Shown: in pieces, positions 17,245 through 20,000 of the stretch
Layout of the letters: each line of letters begins with the position of its first letter
Position numbering within the stretch: position 1 is the stretch's first letter
Source: an uncultured virus (IMG/VR IMGVR_UViG_3300044616_001484)
Taxonomy: Duplodnaviria; Heunggongvirae; Uroviricota; Caudoviricetes
Length of the DNA: 20,000 nt
IMG/VR virus record: IMGVR_UViG_3300044616_001484
Reading direction: 5' to 3' (one strand)
Made by a program: the position numbers and the translations under genes
Notes under the pieces: model-generated
What the model was told of the DNA's origin: nothing
Database searches by the model: none
What the model saw: only the letters and a program-made list of their open reading frames with translations

Positions 17245-17805
17245 ATGAGCACCACCGCCTACCGTTACCTCACCGTCCGCACCCGCGCCTCCGAATCCTT
17301 CATCGGGCTCCTCGCGCAGGCTACGCTCTTCGACCTCCACGCCGCCGAGCGTTGGTACGACGAGGCGCAGTCGTTCGCCAACACGCTGCGCCCGTCCACC
17401 GGATGGAACATGGAGGTGGCGGCTAGCGTTGTCTCCGCGTTCTCGCCCCGTGTCACGTGGGCGCACAACAAGGCGAAGGCGGCGCAGTACGCGCAGGGGA
17501 TCACGCCCAAGGGTCTACGCTCCCATGTGGTCGCGGCGGATCGCTGCGTGTCGGAAGGCTTCAACGGTCTGCGCGGCCCCAAGACCAACGCATTCGCCCG
17601 TGCCATCGCCGGGGATCCGAACGCGGTCGTGGTCGATGTGTGGATGTGCCGCGCCGCAGGTCTGTGCAAGGACGCGCCGAACACGACCGAGTACCGCGCC
17701 ATCGCTGACGCCATCCGCGCCATCGCGGGTACGCCGACCGTGAACATGGCACCCGCCACGCTTCAGGCTCTGCTGTGGATCATCGTCCGGGGGAAGGCGG
17801 AATAA
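17245..17805 (+). CDS. HhH-glycosylase-like fold protein (DUF7178-type), leaderless
   Basis: WY..A...SAFSPRVTW..N...GPKTNAF...VVVDVWMCRAA...PATLQALLW pattern. Confidence 0.65.
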   Translation: MSTTAYRYLTVRTRASESFIGLLAQATLFDLHAAERWYDEAQSFANTLRPSTGWNMEVAASVVSAFSPRVTWAHNKAKAAQYAQGITPKGLRSHVVAADRCVSEGFNGLRGPKTNAFARAIAGDPNAVVVDVWMCRAAGLCKDAPNTTEYRAIADAIRAIAGTPTVNMAPATLQALLWIIVRGKAE

Positions 17806-17813
17806 TTCTTCCG

Positions 17814-17851
17814 ACCCAATTACTGACTTTCGCACCTCTAACGAGTACAAT
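17814..17851 (+). promoter_or_regulatory. Early promoter P6
   Basis: ACCCAATTA-CTGACT-N17-TACAAT-N6-ATG. Confidence 0.8.
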
Positions 17852-17857
17852 ACCGCC

Positions 17858-18145
17858 ATGACCACTACCACCACCATCGACCGCACCCAGCCCGTCCTCA
17901 CCGCCTCGCTCATCTCCCCGACCGGGGAGCGCATCGACATCCATGAGATCCCGGCCTACGGCCAATGCGTCCTCGTTCGCTACGACCCGACCCTCAACGA
18001 GACTGCTAGCGAGGCGTGGCTCCGTTCATCGGTCGCCGTGCAAGCAGGACTGCGCGTCTGCGGCAACTACAAGTACTTCCGAACAAGCGAAGCCTTCCAC
18101 CTTATCGGTCGCCTCGTGGTGGAGGAAGGGTGGGCGCGAGCATGA
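17858..18145 (+). CDS. Hypothetical early protein (95 aa), leaderless
   Basis: MTTTTTID start directly after P6. Confidence 0.75.
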   Translation: MTTTTTIDRTQPVLTASLISPTGERIDIHEIPAYGQCVLVRYDPTLNETASEAWLRSSVAVQAGLRVCGNYKYFRTSEAFHLIGRLVVEEGWARA

Positions 18146-18396
18146 CCACCGCCCTCCCCAAGATCACCCGGCGCACGACCCGCGTAGAGTTGTCCGCCCG
18201 TGAATTGCTCCTCATCGATGCCGCTATGTTCGACGGACTAGTGCGGCTCCTCAAGGACTCCAAGTCGTTCGACATCACCGACCCCGAGGACGACACTTGG
18301 AGCATGGAGGCGAAGACCGATGCGGACACCATCCGCAGCGTACAGCACAAGATTGGTTTCGCCCTGAAGCAGATCGAACTGGAGTCCAAGCAATGA
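18142..18396 (+). CDS. Hypothetical protein (84 aa)
   Basis: ATGA coupling at 18142-18145; start MTTALPK. Confidence 0.7.
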   Translation: MTTALPKITRRTTRVELSARELLLIDAAMFDGLVRLLKDSKSFDITDPEDDTWSMEAKTDADTIRSVQHKIGFALKQIELESKQ

Positions 18397-18533
18397 ACCA
18401 CCGTCCCGCCAAGTTCGTCCATGACGCTTTCCGCGAAGGTATCCGGCTCCGGCCCAAGACATGGGGCAAGAAGAGCCGAGACCCCCGGAAGGCGCGGAGG
18501 GAGGGGAAGAGGGAAGTAGCCAGCGAGGGCTGA
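18393..18533 (+). CDS. Small basic protein (46 aa)
   Basis: ATGA coupling at 18393-18396; MNHRPAKFVHDAFREGIRLRPKTWGKKSRDPRKARREGKREVASEG; terminator follows. Confidence 0.6.
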   Translation: MNHRPAKFVHDAFREGIRLRPKTWGKKSRDPRKARREGKREVASEG

Positions 18534-18539
18534 GCTACT

Positions 18540-18572
18540 ATCAGGCAGGTCCTAGGACCTGCCTGATTTTTT
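18540..18572 (+). terminator. Palindromic terminator
   Basis: Perfect 28-nt palindrome ATCAGGCAGGTCCTAGGACCTGCCTGAT running into a T-tract. Confidence 0.75.
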
Positions 18573-18618
18573 ATTGGACGGCGCGTGATAGTAGTCACAA
18601 TCCCCCCAAATAATTTGA

Positions 18619-18656
18619 ACCCAATTACTGACGGCAGACAGGATGTGTGGTACAAT
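18619..18656 (+). promoter_or_regulatory. Early promoter P7
   Basis: ACCCAATTA-CTGACG-N17-TACAAT-N6-ATG. Confidence 0.8.
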
Positions 18657-18662
18657 CCGCGC

Positions 18663-18938
18663 ATGAACAGCACCACCAACAACACCGTGACCGATACCTC
18701 CGGCGGCATCATGCTTGACACCCCCGAGCAGATCTGCGCCTACCGTGAACTGATGATCTACAACGGTCTGAAGTTCGAACTCCGCACCGCTACCCGTGGC
18801 ATCCCCATGCGCCTGACCCGTGGCGTCTCCTGCTACGCCCTCGCCAAGAAGGAGTACGGTCTGAAGGGCAACCGCCTCAAGGTTCTCACCGCCCTGAAGG
18901 AACTCCTTGAGGCGAAGTACGGAGTCACGTTGACCTGA
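18663..18938 (+). CDS. Hypothetical early protein (91 aa), leaderless
   Basis: Start MNSTTNNT at 18663. Confidence 0.75.
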   Translation: MNSTTNNTVTDTSGGIMLDTPEQICAYRELMIYNGLKFELRTATRGIPMRLTRGVSCYALAKKEYGLKGNRLKVLTALKELLEAKYGVTLT

Positions 18939-18946
18939 CCCCCCGG

Positions 18947-18986
18947 AAGGGGGAGGGGTTGAGAGAAATCTCCCCCTCCCCTTTTT
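18947..18986 (+). terminator. Intrinsic terminator
   Basis: GGGGAGGGG...CCCCTCCCC stem followed by TTTTT. Confidence 0.7.
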
Positions 18987-19006
18987 ACGAATAAAACTGT
19001 TTGCGT

Positions 19007-19040
19007 AATTACTGACGCACGCACCCCGACCTGATACAAT
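19007..19040 (+). promoter_or_regulatory. Early promoter P8
   Basis: AATTA-CTGACG-N17-TACAAT-N6-ATG. Confidence 0.8.
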
Positions 19041-19046
19041 ACCACC

Positions 19047-19436
19047 ATGAAGAACACCACCAAGCCCGTCCGCCTCGCCAAGATCGATGACCTCGTTGTT
19101 TCCCTCGTCCTGACCGCCAACAACGCGCCGGAGTTCAAGGACAACCCCGCCGAGATCAACGCGGCCCTTGCCCTGTGCGAGATCACCGTCTCCCTGCCGT
19201 TCGGATGGTTCACGGATGCCGAGAAGACCCTCGTCTACCTCATCGTGACGGAACTGGGTCTGAACTGGGAAGAGTTCGTGGACAGCGTCCGTGACGGATC
19301 TGTGTCCTACTACGCCAAGGCATCGGACACCTCCCTCCGTGATACGGGCATCTCCGTTCTGCCGCTGCAGGACATCGTGAAGGAGTGCCTGCGCCTACAC
19401 TTGGCCCAGTTTGGCAAGGTCAACTTTCCGATCTAA
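19047..19436 (+). CDS. Hypothetical early protein (129 aa), leaderless
   Basis: ORF begins 6 nt after TACAAT. Confidence 0.75.
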   Translation: MKNTTKPVRLAKIDDLVVSLVLTANNAPEFKDNPAEINAALALCEITVSLPFGWFTDAEKTLVYLIVTELGLNWEEFVDSVRDGSVSYYAKASDTSLRDTGISVLPLQDIVKECLRLHLAQFGKVNFPI

Positions 19437-19453
19437 CATGGTGGTGCATGTAG

Positions 19454-19537
19454 CCTCCCGGCCCCACTGTGGGGCCGGGAGGAAGTTTAGAATAAATCTG
19501 CACACCCATTTGCTTTCACCCGAACACAAGGCACAAT
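19454..19537 (+). promoter_or_regulatory. Palindrome plus early promoter P9
   Basis: CCTCCCGGCCCCAC-t-GTGGGGCCGGGAGG; TTGCTT-N16-CACAAT-N6-ATG. Confidence 0.65.
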
Positions 19538-19543
19538 ACCATC

Positions 19544-19846
19544 ATGAACAGCACTACCGAACTTCCGATGTCCACGATTCTTCGCGTTGCCCTCTCCAAC
19601 AACGACACTCTGTTCGTGTCGTTCAGAAAGAAGGACGGCACAAAGACTTCGCGTGAGATCACGGCTGACCCCGTGTTCATCAAGCAACTGGGAGGCAACC
19701 TCCCGACTGGTACTCGTCACACCACCGAAGGGTACATCTGCGCCTTCGACATTCTCAAGAAGGACTGGATCCTGATTGGTGAGGATAAGATTGACGGCAT
19801 CGCAGCATACTCCCGCAAGACGGAGAAGATGCTGAACATGAACTAA
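19544..19846 (+). CDS. WYL_2-like SH3 beta-barrel protein, leaderless
   Basis: VSFRKKDGT..R.IT...AFDILKKDW motif. Confidence 0.65.
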   Translation: MNSTTELPMSTILRVALSNNDTLFVSFRKKDGTKTSREITADPVFIKQLGGNLPTGTRHTTEGYICAFDILKKDWILIGEDKIDGIAAYSRKTEKMLNMN

Positions 19847-19856
19847 AAAATACGTA

Positions 19857-19978
19857 GTCCGGGTTTCTGCAGTAAACGCGGACGGTCTTATGGTGAACGT
19901 TACGCCATAAGGTGCAGGAGTGGACGATCTCCTGCAGACCTCTGACCCGTTCCTCTTTAGGGCGGGTCACGTTCTTTT
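19857..19978 (+). ncRNA. Candidate structured RNA (four tandem hairpins)
   Basis: Stems at 19857-19883, 19887-19911, 19913-19936 and 19943-19969, with G-U pairs on the + strand; T-rich tail. Confidence 0.4.
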
Positions 19979-20000
19979 GAGCTACTATCAGAAATTCCTC

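Noticed and set aside
15587..19846. Integron cassette array
   Set aside because: The genes have their own promoters, no consistent attC RYYYAAC/GTTRRRY ends were seen, and there is no integrase in the window.
15506..19970. Many overlapping alternative-frame and antisense ORFs in the GC-rich region, and the longer upstream starts in the ORF track
   Set aside because: Expected shadows of high GC3 coding; they cross promoters and hairpins and lack their own start signals.
19857..19978. tRNA or hammerhead ribozyme
   Set aside because: No T-loop GTTCRA, acceptor stem/CCA or CUGAUGA/GAAA core.
1..20000. Stop-codon reassignment, as seen in some large phages
   Set aside because: Genes tile densely under the standard code and recognisable proteins are full length.

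Overview
The window looks like part of a large T4-like tailed-phage genome, split into two compositionally different compartments. Bases 1 to ~15,300 are AT-rich, with TAAATA late-promoter motifs. They encode a partial gp33-like late co-activator, probable virion proteins, a ferritin-like protein, an Sm-like protein, a Zn deaminase, a lysozyme-like protein, a pyrimidine-dimer glycosylase-like protein, GMP reductase and an HNH-like protein. Four further proteins share an N-terminal leader (M-N/D-YLTxYYKN-x-x-E-x-LQ) on unrelated bodies. After a repeat-rich junction (~15,340-15,580) the sequence turns GC-rich. There it forms an array of small genes under nine sigma70-type promoters, each with the -10 box exactly 6 nt before the ATG (leaderless). 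The array radiates from a perfect 28-bp inverted repeat and is punctuated by palindromes and a recurring CTACTATC/GATAGTAG element. Protein calls are motif recognition by eye; no searches were run.
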